Positions 63,601 to 63,847 of a DNA stretch of 63,847 nt are shown here, one piece after another. The notes below the pieces were generated by a model, which ran no database searches, had not been told where the DNA came from, and worked only from the letters and a program-made list of their open reading frames with translations. Each line of letters opens with the position of its first letter. Positions within the stretch are counted from its first letter, which is position 1. The translations under genes and the position numbers were made by a program. Where the stretch lies: contig NC_068997.1 of NCBI RefSeq assembly GCF_001194135.2, positions 30,497,495 through 30,561,341 of the forward strand. The letters are read 5' to 3'. This DNA is from Octopus bimaculoides (Eukaryota).

Positions 63601-63847
63601 GGGATGCCGTGGTGAAGCACGACCTCCGAACATTAGGCCTCACCGAGGCAATGACTTGTGATTGCGACCTTTGGAAATATGCTGTGCGTGAGAAGACCCG
63701 GCAGGCCAAGTGAGACCAAAATCCCAGGCCTCTGCCAGGGATGTAGCCAGCCCACTTACGCATAACATTCCTTTATTGGACACTAAACTCTGCTTGCGAA
63801 GACATGGTGAGGCAAGTGAAATCGAAATCGAACTATATTTGTAGGAA
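60660..63847 (+). mobile_element. Best-preserved RTE-type LINE in the window (APE, RT with PHD finger, thumb, 3' UTR); inactivated
   Basis: GTLNV...LCCIQEVRW, AGDFNGHVG, SQIDYIL and PQHRLVVSDF (APE); YRGIKLLDQVMKV, LAFVDMEKAF, VHQGSVLSPLLF and YLGDQ. Stops at about 62486, 62551 and 63303, and a frameshift near YADD (reads YTDA). N-gaps at 61635-62118 and 62864-62873. Confidence 0.92.

Overview
Eukaryotic genomic DNA, AT-rich and dominated by repeats, from a short-read scaffold with ten N-gaps. The SINE and RTE families and the (TA)n/(CATA)n/(GAT)n microsatellites resemble those of octopod cephalopods (inference; no search run). Most of the window is nested, decayed transposable elements: R4/Dong-type RLE LINEs, many RTE-type LINEs, Penelope-like elements, Ty3/Gypsy LTR elements, a Buster/SPIN-type hAT, mariner and maT DNA transposons, a Helitron fragment and tRNA-derived SINEs. 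There is also a ~3.9 kb purine-rich satellite with a ~70-bp unit. Among the repeats on the minus strand are three phase-compatible exons (45506-45397, 43317-43229, 37704-37511) and a fourth candidate exon (54486-54311) of a divergent TRPM-like channel gene (SLOG/MHR1-2 region), which the ORF track does not assemble. The most notable non-obvious signals are: (1) this TRPM-like gene, for which I found no downstream channel exons; (2) three minimal type I hammerhead ribozymes at Penelope-like 3' ends; (3) a young, pol-less LTR element with a 26-nt tRNA-Trp primer site and unassigned internal ORFs; (4) a PHD finger inside the RTE reverse transcriptase; (5) a twin-priming-like inversion in an RLE LINE. 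No CRISPR arrays, rRNA genes or bona fide tRNA genes were seen. The long ORFs that span N-runs or microsatellites are artefacts.
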